Positions 39,437 to 48,986 of a stretch of DNA of 64,000 nucleotides are shown here, piece after piece. Where the stretch lies: contig JABMNZ010000025.1 in NCBI GenBank assembly GCA_013204395.1, forward strand, positions 9,007 through 73,006, given 5' to 3'. The DNA comes from Parcubacteria group bacterium (GTDB taxonomy: Bacteria > Patescibacteriota > Patescibacteriia > UBA9934 > GWF2-40-263). Position 1 is the stretch's first letter. Every line of letters begins with the position of its first letter. The position numbers and the translations under genes were made by a program. The notes below the pieces were generated by a model, which saw only the letters and a list, made by a program, of their open reading frames with translations, searched no databases and was not told the origin of the DNA.

Positions 39437-39450
39437 TGAGGCTGTTTTCT
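39421..39450. terminator. Bidirectional terminator between hflX and rpmB
   Basis: agaaaacagcctc-tagt-gaggctgttttct. Confidence 0.8.
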
Positions 39451-39691
39451 ATTTCTTCGATTCTTTCTTTAGGGCCATGAGGTCATACGTCTTTCCTTCG
39501 CGATCCCACTTGCGCAATGTGCGCAGGCCACGAGTTGAGATGGTGACAGTCACGATTCTACCGGTCGCTGGATTACGCAGGCGCTTCTTCATCAGATTGG
39601 CCTTGAGTTTGCGTTTTGTCTTCACGTTTGAGTGAGAGACATTGTTTCCAGAGATCGTCTTTTTGCCCGTTACGAGACAAGATGTAGACAT
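39449..39691 (-). CDS. rpmB: 50S ribosomal protein L28
   Basis: C.VTGKKT.SGNNVSHSN.KTKRK..ANL...ISTRGLRT. Confidence 0.95.
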   Translation of the reverse strand: MSTSCLVTGKKTISGNNVSHSNVKTKRKLKANLMKKRLRNPATGRIVTVTISTRGLRTLRKWDREGKTYDLMALKKESKK

Positions 39692-39769
39692 AATCTATAG
39701 GTTAATTGACGTCCACGAGTATAGCCGAGAGTTCATTTTGTGTCCACCCCTGTGATAGACTTGGGGTAT

Positions 39770-40306
39770 ATGACAAATCAAGTACCAAAGCTTTGGATCT
39801 TTTTCTTTATTATTATCGCCGGACTTATTGTTGGGTTCGCCTTGAGTAGTCCCGCCGTTCAGGAACAGGAAGAAGTTGTAGACTTTCAGGAAAATGTTGA
39901 AATGACGGGGGTTAGAGAACAAACCTTCGGTGCGATGTTGGATGGTGGGGGTAATGCTATTTACTTAGAGAACCAGTTGTCCGGTACTACGGGTGTGCAA
40001 GTTGGATTTGCCGTCCTGGCTAGGCCTGGGTTTGTGGTGATCTTTGATGATGACGATGGTGTGCCCGGGAAGGTGATAGGGGCCTCTGATTATCTGCAGA
40101 ATGGTGGGGAGCATTTAACCGTCGCATTGCAAACGTTTTTAATTGACGGAGCTGTGTACTACGCCGTTCTATATCACGACAACGGAGATCTTGTTTTTGA
40201 CGAGAATGCTGACTCACAAGCACTGGATTCGACAGATTCTGTAGTCCTTATGACCTTTCTTTCAACCTATGAAGCACAACCTGAGGTTGGTGCGATAACG
40301 CCTTGA
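39770..40306 (+). CDS. Membrane-anchored hypothetical protein (DUF7282-like)
   Basis: N-terminal TM segment; PGFVVIF..G.PGKVIGAS..L..G and YYAVLYHDNGD. Confidence 0.6.
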   Translation: MTNQVPKLWIFFFIIIAGLIVGFALSSPAVQEQEEVVDFQENVEMTGVREQTFGAMLDGGGNAIYLENQLSGTTGVQVGFAVLARPGFVVIFDDDDGVPGKVIGASDYLQNGGEHLTVALQTFLIDGAVYYAVLYHDNGDLVFDENADSQALDSTDSVVLMTFLSTYEAQPEVGAITP

Positions 40307-40378
40307 CACCTTTGTTTGCGGAGCGTATCTTCATTACTCGTTGGCGCATCCCGTGCTGACAAGTGACAAGGAGAGCTC

Positions 40379-40867
40379 GTGTCTCGAAGAAGTCGAATGA
40401 AAGACAGGCCCAAGAATCCCCGTCAGCGCATGCTTGAGGAGCTGCAGGAATTGCTGGCGTTGGCTCGTGAAGCCATCTCCACGGAGACCGATCCGCTGCT
40501 GATCAACGCTGATCAGCTCGCACCGGTTCTGGAGTTGGCGGAGCGGACCGCGAAGATCGCGCGGACCTACACGATTCAGCGTGAGCTGATGATGGAGATC
40601 TACGGGCTGTTGATCAGTGGGAAGTTCAACTTCCGTCTGCTCGACGAGATCTTCCAGGGACGTCGTGGGAAGAGGCCTACGGCCGTCTTCGACCAGAGCA
40701 TCAAGATCATCTCGATCCAGGTCGCTGGTCGCATCCCCGTGAACGAGGCACATGTTCGTGACCCGCTCACCGGTGAGAGCATGCCGGCCACGGAAGTCCG
40801 TGTGGGTCTGATCGAGTTCCTCACGTCCATTGGGCGTCACGTCGAAGCCGGAGCCTTCGCGCTTTAG
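40379..40867 (+). CDS. Hypothetical protein (GC-rich islet)
   Basis: TTGACA(40303)-17-TATCTT promoter, AAGGAG SD, GTG start, terminator at 40888-40921. Confidence 0.7.
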   Translation: MSRRSRMKDRPKNPRQRMLEELQELLALAREAISTETDPLLINADQLAPVLELAERTAKIARTYTIQRELMMEIYGLLISGKFNFRLLDEIFQGRRGKRPTAVFDQSIKIISIQVAGRIPVNEAHVRDPLTGESMPATEVRVGLIEFLTSIGRHVEAGAFAL

Positions 40868-40938
40868 GCCACACGACCACAACACGCAATCCCGGTATGG
40901 CACCTGTCATCCGGGTTTTTTGATAGAATGGTTTTGAT

Positions 40939-41472
40939 ATGGATATTCCAGTTAGAAAAAGTAAACGTGCCAAGAACATGTCTATTGTGGTTCATTCCGG
41001 TGGGCGATGGGAGGTTGTGGTACCAGCTCTTAGGGGTCCGTCTGACAGAACGATCAAAAGACATGTGGATAACCATCGTGACTGGATCGAGAAACAGGTG
41101 GATCGTATGAGTCGGGAAAAAGAGCGAGATACGCTCTGTCATGGTGGTGTGGCACGAAGCGTTGTTGAAGAACAGACATTGCAGATGATCGAGGCAACAG
41201 TTTTGAAAATGAGACGGGTTCATCCTGTAACGATCGAAAAGATCCGTCTTGGAAACTGGAAGAGGCAGTGGGGGAGTTGTAGCAGTGGTATGACCCTTGG
41301 TTTTCACTATAAGCTTTCTTTGCTGCCCACACATCTCGCAGAATATATCGTCGCTCACGAACTTGCCCACACAACCCATTTTAACCACTCAAAGGCCTTT
41401 TGGGAGCTGGTTGAGAGACTTTGTCCCAATGCTAAATCTTGCCGAAAAGCTCTGCGACAGTTCACCTTGTGA
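40939..41472 (+). CDS. YgjP/DUF45-like zinc metallohydrolase
   Basis: WGSCS, YIVAHELAH..HFNHSKAFW. Confidence 0.88.
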   Translation: MDIPVRKSKRAKNMSIVVHSGGRWEVVVPALRGPSDRTIKRHVDNHRDWIEKQVDRMSREKERDTLCHGGVARSVVEEQTLQMIEATVLKMRRVHPVTIEKIRLGNWKRQWGSCSSGMTLGFHYKLSLLPTHLAEYIVAHELAHTTHFNHSKAFWELVERLCPNAKSCRKALRQFTL

Positions 41473-41492
41473 TGTGATAAACTATCTCTACT

Positions 41493-42230
41493 ATGCCAAC
41501 GAAAAAATCAAAATCTAAAAAGAAAGAAGTTGTCCCATCTCACAATACTTGCCGGATACCCCTGGCAAGTAATGAGAATATTAATGAACCAGTTAGGATT
41601 TATGAAATCTCATGGAGAATCTTTAGGATCATGTCAGAATTTGTTGATGGATTTCAATTTTTGTCTGAATCCAGCAGAGAGGTGACATTTTGGGGGTCTG
41701 CTCGTTTAAAACCAGCGAACAAGTGGTACAAGGTTGCTGTTCAACTCGGTGAGATGTTGGGTGAGTGCGGATTTACAATCATAACGGGAGGTGGTGGTGG
41801 CATCATGGAAGCTGGTAATCGTGGTGCACAGAAGGTTGGGGCAGAATCAATTGGACTGAACATTCAATTGCCTTTTGAACAAACAGTAAACAAGTACGTA
41901 ACAAAGAGTCGAACATTTCATTATTTCTTTACCCGCAAGGTTCTCATGGCCGCGTCAGCGCAAGCTTATGTTTTTTTCCCAGGGGGCTTTGGGACATTGG
42001 ACGAGTTTTTTGAGATCGTAACACTCATTCAAACAAAGAAAATGCAGTCCACCCCCATTGTGTGTGTCGGGCATGATTTCTGGGATGGATTGTTTGAGTG
42101 GTCTGCAGATGTTCAGCGGGACAACTTTCACACAATCGGACCAGATGACCTTAATTTATTCACTGTCGTGGATACGGCAGAGGAGGCATATAAAATAGTT
42201 TCTAAATCTCAAGAAAGGTCATTTTTCTAG
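41493..42230 (+). CDS. LOG family protein (TIGR00730)
   Basis: GSAR, TGGGGGIMEAGNRG, PGGFGTLDEFFE. Confidence 0.92.
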   Translation: MPTKKSKSKKKEVVPSHNTCRIPLASNENINEPVRIYEISWRIFRIMSEFVDGFQFLSESSREVTFWGSARLKPANKWYKVAVQLGEMLGECGFTIITGGGGGIMEAGNRGAQKVGAESIGLNIQLPFEQTVNKYVTKSRTFHYFFTRKVLMAASAQAYVFFPGGFGTLDEFFEIVTLIQTKKMQSTPIVCVGHDFWDGLFEWSADVQRDNFHTIGPDDLNLFTVVDTAEEAYKIVSKSQERSFF

Positions 42231-42231
42231 T

Positions 42232-43581
42232 ATGCCGAATCATTCACATACACATTCAAAACAACAGGCTTGGATCATTGATGTAAACATGGGATATGGG
42301 CATTCTCGCGCTGCCTATGCATTAAAGGATTTATCTAAAGGACAAGTTATTTCAGCAAATGACTACGATGGAATTCCCGAAGAAGACATGAAGCTTTGGA
42401 ATGAGAGTCGAAAGATATACGAAGCTATTTCTAGAATGAAACCTATTCCCGTGATCGGAAACTATTTGTTCGAGGCGCTTGATTACTGGCAACAAATTGA
42501 AAAGTTTTACCCAAGGAGGGATTTATCAAAACCAAACATTCAAGTAAGACAGATTTTTCAAATGATAAAAAAGGGTCTTGGTAAGCACCTTATTGAACAG
42601 CTTTCTGAGAATCCACTCCCGTTCGTCACCACTTTTTTCATTCCAGCGTTCTTTGCTGAGTATTATAATTACCCTGGCGATATCTGGTGTGTAACGACTG
42701 ACGCAGACATTTCTCGTGCTTGGGCTCCAATGGACCCAAAGCGATCACGAATTAAATATTTAGCAAGCAACGGACGAGTGGTGGAGAGGTTGAAATTGTA
42801 TGGAGTCCCTGCAGAAAATATTTTTGCCACAGGTTTTCCTTTACCAAAGGAACTTATTGGTGGACCAAATTCAAAGATTTTAAAGGACCTACTCACGCAT
42901 AGGTTGTGCAATCTTGACCCAAACGGAATTTTTCATAATCGATATGCGGATATTCTTAAAGCAAAACTTGGTGCAGCTCGTTGTAAAACTGAAAGTGCTG
43001 CTCATCCTTTAACCGTGACCTATTCAGTTGGTGGGGCCGGGGCGCAGCGTGCTCTTGGAGTGAAGATTATGAAGAGCCTCAAGGCAAAGATTGCTCGACA
43101 TGAAATCCGCTTGAATCTTATGGCTGGATTTCGAAAAGATGCCATAGATTATTATCGTAGCGCCGCCATAAAATTAGGATTAGAAAATGAGCTCGGTACA
43201 TGGATTAACGTTCCAGAGCATGAGAGCCGAGCCTCTTATTTTTCTGACTATAACCAGGTTCTCAAAACCACAGATATTTTATGGACGAAACCGTCAGAGA
43301 TGTCGTTTTATTGTGGGCTGGGGATTGCGCTTATCATGGCTCCGCCAATTGGAAGCCAAGAAGAGTTTAATCGTATCTGGGTTGGGTATGTTGGTGGTGG
43401 AGTGCCTATGAATGACCCTCGTTATACAGATGAATGGCTTGAAGATTGGATCGAGTCTGGTGGAGTTGCTAGGATGGCCTACAATGGTTACATTGAAGCC
43501 CCGACGCACGGTACTTATCGTATCGAAGACCTTGTTTTAGGCAGAAAAAGTGAAATTCAACCGTTACCGTTGATTGTGTAA
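42232..43581 (+). CDS. GT-B-like protein (DUF6938/MGDG-synthase-like)
   Basis: MGYGHSRAA, TDADISRAW, TGFPLP, WTKPSE. Confidence 0.6.
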   Translation: MPNHSHTHSKQQAWIIDVNMGYGHSRAAYALKDLSKGQVISANDYDGIPEEDMKLWNESRKIYEAISRMKPIPVIGNYLFEALDYWQQIEKFYPRRDLSKPNIQVRQIFQMIKKGLGKHLIEQLSENPLPFVTTFFIPAFFAEYYNYPGDIWCVTTDADISRAWAPMDPKRSRIKYLASNGRVVERLKLYGVPAENIFATGFPLPKELIGGPNSKILKDLLTHRLCNLDPNGIFHNRYADILKAKLGAARCKTESAAHPLTVTYSVGGAGAQRALGVKIMKSLKAKIARHEIRLNLMAGFRKDAIDYYRSAAIKLGLENELGTWINVPEHESRASYFSDYNQVLKTTDILWTKPSEMSFYCGLGIALIMAPPIGSQEEFNRIWVGYVGGGVPMNDPRYTDEWLEDWIESGGVARMAYNGYIEAPTHGTYRIEDLVLGRKSEIQPLPLIV

Positions 43582-43584
43582 AAT

Positions 43585-45171
43585 ATGGATAAGGCCCTTG
43601 AACATCTTCTTGCTACCATCGCTCAGATGAAGCGAGAAAAAGATGACACAAAAAATAATGAGGATGTTATCAAAGTCTCAGACACAGTGTCTGTGGCTGC
43701 TTCTGTTTACGAGACGGTTCGCAATACACTTGAGTACGATGAAGAGCATTTGCTCAGACGCAATGCTATTCGTCGCATTCTTAAGCGCAGCATGATTGAG
43801 GGTCCCACAGGCGAAATGGCGGGAAAGTTAGTGAGAGAACTTATCTGGGCGAAGTACATGCCCAATGCGAGTGTTCCAACCAACATGATCGATAAGGTTG
43901 CTGGGATTTTAGAGAAGTACAAGTTCATGTTTGGAATTCTTGAACCTGAAAGTCCTGAAGGGCAAAAAGTCTACACGTGGCTTCTAGATGTACTGTCTGT
44001 TGAAATCGAATATGTCTTGGGCCCGCCGTGTATTGATGAGGCTCTGGCAAGTTATGCTTATCAAGAGCTGAAGAAACGTGTTGAATGGCAAACGCAAGTG
44101 ATTTCGGAAAGTGATAGAGAGCTTCAGCTTTATATTGCCATTCACCGCTCCGTTTTGAAATCAAATCTTGCAACTTTGCGTTACAGAATTCTGACGCTCT
44201 ATTATCCAAATTGGAGAAAAGCAAAACCAGGAGACCATGTTGTCAAAGAGATTTCCATGAACCTAGTGAAGGTTATTGATTCTGTTGAGGGGCAAATTTT
44301 GCACCATGCACAGGATTCAGTTTTTCGATTTGTGCGTCGGCATGGAATCGTATTTCATTTACTTTCTGATATTGCAAAAGATAATCCAGACGCGTTTGCA
44401 CAGGCCATACAGGGTAAGGATGTGGCTAGTATAGACACAGCTATCTCAAAGGCGGCTCAAGAGCGATATAATACTTTTAGAAAGAAGCTAACACGAACGG
44501 TATTCCGTGCGGCCGTTTTTCTTCTGTTGACCAAATCTATTTTGGCGATCTTGGTTGAATATCCATATGAGCTTCTGATTCTACGCTCAACGGATTACTT
44601 ACCATTGATGATTAATATTTTGTTTCCCCCATTGCTTCTTGCAGTGGTTGGTTTAACGGTTCGTATTCCAAAAACAAAGAATACGGAAAAGGTCCTTGAA
44701 GAGTTGCATGGCCTATTGGGGTTTGGAGATGACTTTACATTGATCTTTAAACGTAAAATGCAATGGACCAAGGGGGCTATTTGGTGGATCTTTAATAGTC
44801 TGTATCTGTCCGTGTGGCTTGTGACTATTTCGCTCATTGCTTGGATGCTCCGTGTTGGACTAGATTTTAATGCTTTGTCGATAATCTTCTTTATATTTTT
44901 CTTGTCCCTTGTTGCCTACTTTGGACTTCGTATCCGCAACACACGTCGTGAGTTGATTGTGATCGATGTCTCACGTGGATTTTTTGGGAGCATCTCGGAT
45001 ATTTTATTCCTTCCGATTGTCAGAGCAGGACGTTGGGTTGCCCTAAGGGCACCTAAGGTGAATATCTTCCTGTTCTTTTTTGACTTTATTATCGAAGCAC
45101 CATTTAAAGCCGCAATAGGAATTATTGAAAGTTGGCTAGCATTCTTGCGTGAGAAAAGAGAGGAGATTTAA
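43585..45171 (+). CDS. Conserved hypothetical membrane protein
   Basis: YE.VRN.LEY.EEHLLRRNAIRRIL N-terminus; several C-terminal TM segments. Confidence 0.75.
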   Translation: MDKALEHLLATIAQMKREKDDTKNNEDVIKVSDTVSVAASVYETVRNTLEYDEEHLLRRNAIRRILKRSMIEGPTGEMAGKLVRELIWAKYMPNASVPTNMIDKVAGILEKYKFMFGILEPESPEGQKVYTWLLDVLSVEIEYVLGPPCIDEALASYAYQELKKRVEWQTQVISESDRELQLYIAIHRSVLKSNLATLRYRILTLYYPNWRKAKPGDHVVKEISMNLVKVIDSVEGQILHHAQDSVFRFVRRHGIVFHLLSDIAKDNPDAFAQAIQGKDVASIDTAISKAAQERYNTFRKKLTRTVFRAAVFLLLTKSILAILVEYPYELLILRSTDYLPLMINILFPPLLLAVVGLTVRIPKTKNTEKVLEELHGLLGFGDDFTLIFKRKMQWTKGAIWWIFNSLYLSVWLVTISLIAWMLRVGLDFNALSIIFFIFFLSLVAYFGLRIRNTRRELIVIDVSRGFFGSISDILFLPIVRAGRWVALRAPKVNIFLFFFDFIIEAPFKAAIGIIESWLAFLREKREEI

Positions 45172-45194
45172 TAGGGTTCAAGTTCGATGGGGGT

Positions 45195-46181
45195 ATGAAA
45201 GAAAAACATCTACGAATAATGCTCGTTATAGCTCTCATTGGTGCGGTGGGAGTGTTTACCTTCGCGTCATTTTGGATGAACAACAACCCCGATATAGAGC
45301 CTAATTTTGGCGTTACATACTCGTGGCTGTACGCAGAACAGCTTGGATTAGATTATAAAGAAACCTACAAGGCGCTCGTGCATGAAATGGGAGTGAAATC
45401 TATTAGATTACCAATCTATTGGTCTGATATCGAGTCTGCTGAAGGGGAGTATGACTGGAAAAAGCCAGATTGGTTGATTGATATTGCTGAGGATAATGAT
45501 TTGAAAATAACGATGGTTGTCGGGGCAAAGGTTCCAAGGTGGCCTGAATGCTTTGTGCCTGATTGGGTGGAAAAGTTGAATACAACTTATCAGCAACAAG
45601 CTACACTTTCGTTTATTGAAGAAACAGTGAATCGGTATAAAAATTCCTCGGCTATTGTTCGTTGGCAAGTAGAGAACGAACCGTTTTTTCCATTCGGAGA
45701 ATGTCCTAAAGTGGATGTGCCTCAGATTACTGAGCGAGTTGATTTGGTGCGCCGTCTTGACGATCGACCTATCCAAATGACGGTGAGTGGTGAATTAGGA
45801 TCCTGGATAGATTCAGCAGAGGCTGCTGACATACTTGGGATCTCCATGTACAGACAGACTTGGAATGATCTCTTTGGATATTTTGTTTATCCACTAAGTC
45901 CGGAGTATTATTATTTTCGAGCAAAGCTGGTGGACGGTCATGTTCAGCAGGTAATAGTCTCAGAGCTACAGGCAGAGCCTTGGTTTAATGAGCCGATCAA
46001 TACTCGGTCAATTGCCGATTGGTATGATGCGTTCACCGTTGAAATGTTCCAAGAAAATATTAGCTTTGCCCGTGAGGCTGGTTTGTCTGAAGTCTATTTG
46101 TGGGGAGCTGAGTGGTGGTATGCCCTTAGGCAAGCCGGAGAAGATCGTTTGTGGAATGAAGCTCAATCAATTTTTGAATAA
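45195..46181 (+). CDS. Membrane-anchored glycoside hydrolase (clan GH-A TIM barrel)
   Basis: IRLPIYWSDIE, WQVENEP (acid/base), VSELQAEPW (nucleophile). Confidence 0.75.
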   Translation: MKEKHLRIMLVIALIGAVGVFTFASFWMNNNPDIEPNFGVTYSWLYAEQLGLDYKETYKALVHEMGVKSIRLPIYWSDIESAEGEYDWKKPDWLIDIAEDNDLKITMVVGAKVPRWPECFVPDWVEKLNTTYQQQATLSFIEETVNRYKNSSAIVRWQVENEPFFPFGECPKVDVPQITERVDLVRRLDDRPIQMTVSGELGSWIDSAEAADILGISMYRQTWNDLFGYFVYPLSPEYYYFRAKLVDGHVQQVIVSELQAEPWFNEPINTRSIADWYDAFTVEMFQENISFAREAGLSEVYLWGAEWWYALRQAGEDRLWNEAQSIFE

Positions 46182-46184
46182 CAT

Positions 46185-47600
46185 ATGCCAAAAGTACCCT
46201 CTTACGACGTGATTGTTATAGGAACAGGATCCGCTGGGTTCTCTGCTATTGAAGCCGCTAGAAGTCTCGGGGCTTCCGTGTGTGTGATAGAAAAGGATCG
46301 GTTCGGGGGAGAATGCCCGAATTATGCTTGCGTGCCTTCTAAGGCCATTTTAAAGGCAGCAGCAGCCTATAGATTCATGGGGCACGCTCGTGAATTCGGT
46401 ATGGAGATCGGGGGTAGATCTTTTGATTTTAAAAAAGTGATGAACTATCGACAAAAGGTTGTGGACACCATTACGGGTGGTGGAGAATATGGAGATCGGT
46501 ATGTAAAAATTTTAGAACAACATAAGGTTGATAGTATTATTGGTGAAGCGAGTTTTGTGGACCCACACACCATTGAAGTGAATGGAAAGAATATTTCCGG
46601 AAAAACCATTGTTGTAGCAACAGGGACGGTCGATTTTATCCCACCAATTCCAGGACTTAGTGAGATTAAGTATTGGGGGTGGAAAGAAGCTCTCGCACCA
46701 AAGCGACGGACAAAGAGCATGGCGATTATAGGTGGCGGTCCGGTCGGTTGTGAAATAGCCATGTTTTATGTGAGTTTTGGAACACGAGTGATACTGTTAC
46801 AAACAGCGCCGGTTGTTTTACAGCGAGAGGATTTAGAGATTTCAAAATTAGCGGAAGAGGCTCTTTTAAAAGCCGGTGTTGAAATTCATGTGAATGTTCA
46901 GATTCAGGAAGTCATCAGTGCTAATGGTGGTGTGACTGGGATTAAGATTCATGCCGCTGGCGGACCACAGATGCTTGCGGTTGAAACCGTTGTGGTGGCA
47001 ACTGGAAAGAGGCCAAATATTGATAGCTTAGGGCTTGAGGACGCCGGTGTGACAATGGATAAAGATGGAAGATTTACAACAAGCAAAGATCAGCGAACAA
47101 ATGTAAAACATATTTTTGCTGCGGGAGATGTTGATGGTGGACTTCAATTTACACACACAGCTCATTACGAAGGGTGGATTGCTGGCAACAACGCTGCACT
47201 TGTTGCAAAACGAAAGCGCACGGCACCAGATAAGAGAGATATGCGTGTTGTGCCAAGAGTGACGTATATCGATCCTGAAGTTGCCTCTGTTGGTATGACC
47301 GAGACTGAGGCTCGTAACCAATACAAAAAATTGTTAATCGGTAGATATGATGTTGCTGCACTTGGCAGGGCGGTCACTGATAATAGTCGCTTTGGTCTTA
47401 TAAAGATTATTGCTCATCCAACAACTAGAAAAATCCTAGGTGCACATATGATAGGTGAAAGATCTGGGGAAGTAATTCATGAAGCTGCTATGGCAATGTT
47501 TCTTGGTGCAAAGATCGATAAGCTCGCAGAGATGATCCATGCGTTCCCAACGTATTCTGAGGGGTTAAAGGCAGCTGCGGCATCTGCTAGCTTGGAATAA
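46185..47600 (+). CDS. Pyridine nucleotide-disulfide oxidoreductase (LpdA/MerA-like)
   Basis: GTGSAG, GGECPNYACVPSK, GGGPVGCE, IHAFPTYSE. Confidence 0.9.
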   Translation: MPKVPSYDVIVIGTGSAGFSAIEAARSLGASVCVIEKDRFGGECPNYACVPSKAILKAAAAYRFMGHAREFGMEIGGRSFDFKKVMNYRQKVVDTITGGGEYGDRYVKILEQHKVDSIIGEASFVDPHTIEVNGKNISGKTIVVATGTVDFIPPIPGLSEIKYWGWKEALAPKRRTKSMAIIGGGPVGCEIAMFYVSFGTRVILLQTAPVVLQREDLEISKLAEEALLKAGVEIHVNVQIQEVISANGGVTGIKIHAAGGPQMLAVETVVVATGKRPNIDSLGLEDAGVTMDKDGRFTTSKDQRTNVKHIFAAGDVDGGLQFTHTAHYEGWIAGNNAALVAKRKRTAPDKRDMRVVPRVTYIDPEVASVGMTETEARNQYKKLLIGRYDVAALGRAVTDNSRFGLIKIIAHPTTRKILGAHMIGERSGEVIHEAAMAMFLGAKIDKLAEMIHAFPTYSEGLKAAAASASLE

Positions 47601-47602
47601 TT

Positions 47603-48145
47603 ATGATAACGATTTACCTCTACAGCTTATTTTTCCTGATGATTGTATTGATGGGAATCATTGGGATGGTGGCCTATTTTTTGTTTAACGGAATTGTCAG
47701 TGTTCCATGGGTTCGCACGCCAACAAGACATACGAGTGAGATGTTGACTCTTGCAAAGTTGAAGCCGGGAGAAAGAGTGATTGACTTCGGGGCAGGTGAT
47801 GGCACCATAATTATTCAAGCGGTGAAAGAGTTTGGGGCCATTGGGTATGGCATTGAAAGGTTGTCTTTACTTGTGTGGTGGTCTAGGTGGCTTGCAAAAC
47901 TTAATGGAGTTTCAGATCGAACCACATTTGTAAAAGGGGATATGTTCGCCAAGACACCTCCTCCAGCTGACGTGATTACCAGTTACCTGTTTAGTGAAAT
48001 AAATAGCAAGCTCGAGCCAGTATTAATCAAACATTATCCAAGTGGAACAAGAGTGGTTGCAAGGGTTTTTAGTTTTCCTGGTCTTAAACACATTAGGTCT
48101 CAGGTCATTGATTCAGACACGATTCACTTGTATGAGATCCCATAA
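47603..48145 (+). CDS. SAM-dependent methyltransferase with N-terminal TM segment
   Basis: VPWVRT, DFGAGDG, SYL, GTRVV. Confidence 0.85.
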   Translation: MITIYLYSLFFLMIVLMGIIGMVAYFLFNGIVSVPWVRTPTRHTSEMLTLAKLKPGERVIDFGAGDGTIIIQAVKEFGAIGYGIERLSLLVWWSRWLAKLNGVSDRTTFVKGDMFAKTPPPADVITSYLFSEINSKLEPVLIKHYPSGTRVVARVFSFPGLKHIRSQVIDSDTIHLYEIP

Positions 48146-48171
48146 TAAGATGTGCTATAATCGGTCACGTT

Positions 48172-48738
48172 ATGCCAAATAAAGAAGTTGTTTTAGACAT
48201 AGAAACACAAACCGCTGCCGGCCCTGATTTTAAGCAGATGAAGATATCTGTTATAGGGGTCTATTTTTATGAGACGGATTCATACGAATGTTATGAAGAG
48301 AAAGACTTCGCTCGCTTGTGGCCACTTCTTGAGCATGCTGATCGAGTAATCGGATACAACTCTCGATACTTCGACATGCCAATCATGAATAATTACTACC
48401 CGGGTGACCTTAATGCATTTCCTCAATTGGATATGTTAGAAGAAATACGCAACTCACTTGGGTTCAGATTGAAGTTGGATGACGTAGCAGCTGCCACGGT
48501 GGGGTATCGCAAAAGTGGGCATGGACTTCAGGCTGTCGACTGGTGGAAAGAGGGGGAGATTCAGAAGATAAAAGATTATTGCCTTCAAGACGTAAAAGTA
48601 ACCAAAGGGGTGTATGAGTATGGTCTAAAATACAATGCTTTGGCCTATGAAGATCGTGTGGGTGGGAGGAAGGCAATCCCAGTTGATTTTGCATTAAAAG
48701 AGGAAGCTCCCGCCATCAACCTAAGTATGGGGTTTTAG
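48172..48738 (+). CDS. RNase H-like / DEDD exonuclease domain protein
   Basis: LDIET, GYNSRYFD, LKLDDVA, YCLQDV. Confidence 0.8.
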   Translation: MPNKEVVLDIETQTAAGPDFKQMKISVIGVYFYETDSYECYEEKDFARLWPLLEHADRVIGYNSRYFDMPIMNNYYPGDLNAFPQLDMLEEIRNSLGFRLKLDDVAAATVGYRKSGHGLQAVDWWKEGEIQKIKDYCLQDVKVTKGVYEYGLKYNALAYEDRVGGRKAIPVDFALKEEAPAINLSMGF

Positions 48739-48768
48739 ACCCAACCTGTGTCTAGTGTCGTGAAAATG

Positions 48769-48777
48769 TGTGGATAA
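48769..48777 (-). promoter_or_regulatory. DnaA box upstream of the nrdJ promoter
   Basis: TGTGGATAA = TTATCCACA, 8 nt upstream of the -35. Confidence 0.6.
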
Positions 48778-48785
48778 CCACCTCT

Positions 48786-48839
48786 TTGACACACAACATA
48801 TAGTGGCCTATCATACTAACTGACCACAAGATGTAGTGG
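48786..48839 (+). promoter_or_regulatory. nrdJ promoter with two NrdR boxes
   Basis: TTGACA-17-TATCAT; boxes acacaacatatagtgg (48791) and ccacaagatgtagtgg (48824) fit acaCwAtATaTwGtg. Confidence 0.85.
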
Positions 48840-48986
48840 TGGCAGTGGGGAAGAGGATCTTTAGATGGTGCAGACCCTTCCAGGAGAATATATGATCCCA
48901 ACGTTGGATCGTATTTTTATCTGCCAAGTATCAGCCAAACATTTCTTTCAAAAACTCGCCTAATCAACCTAAGTTCCTCGCTTGTT

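Noticed and set aside
46185-47600. Mercuric reductase merA
   Set aside because: No C-terminal Cys-Cys pair, no NmerA domain and no mer genes; left as a generic flavoprotein disulfide reductase
48840-48986. Cobalamin riboswitch upstream of nrdJ
   Set aside because: Conserved GCCACTG and AGYCAGRAGACC B12-box elements are absent, and NrdJ would not be expected to be repressed by B12
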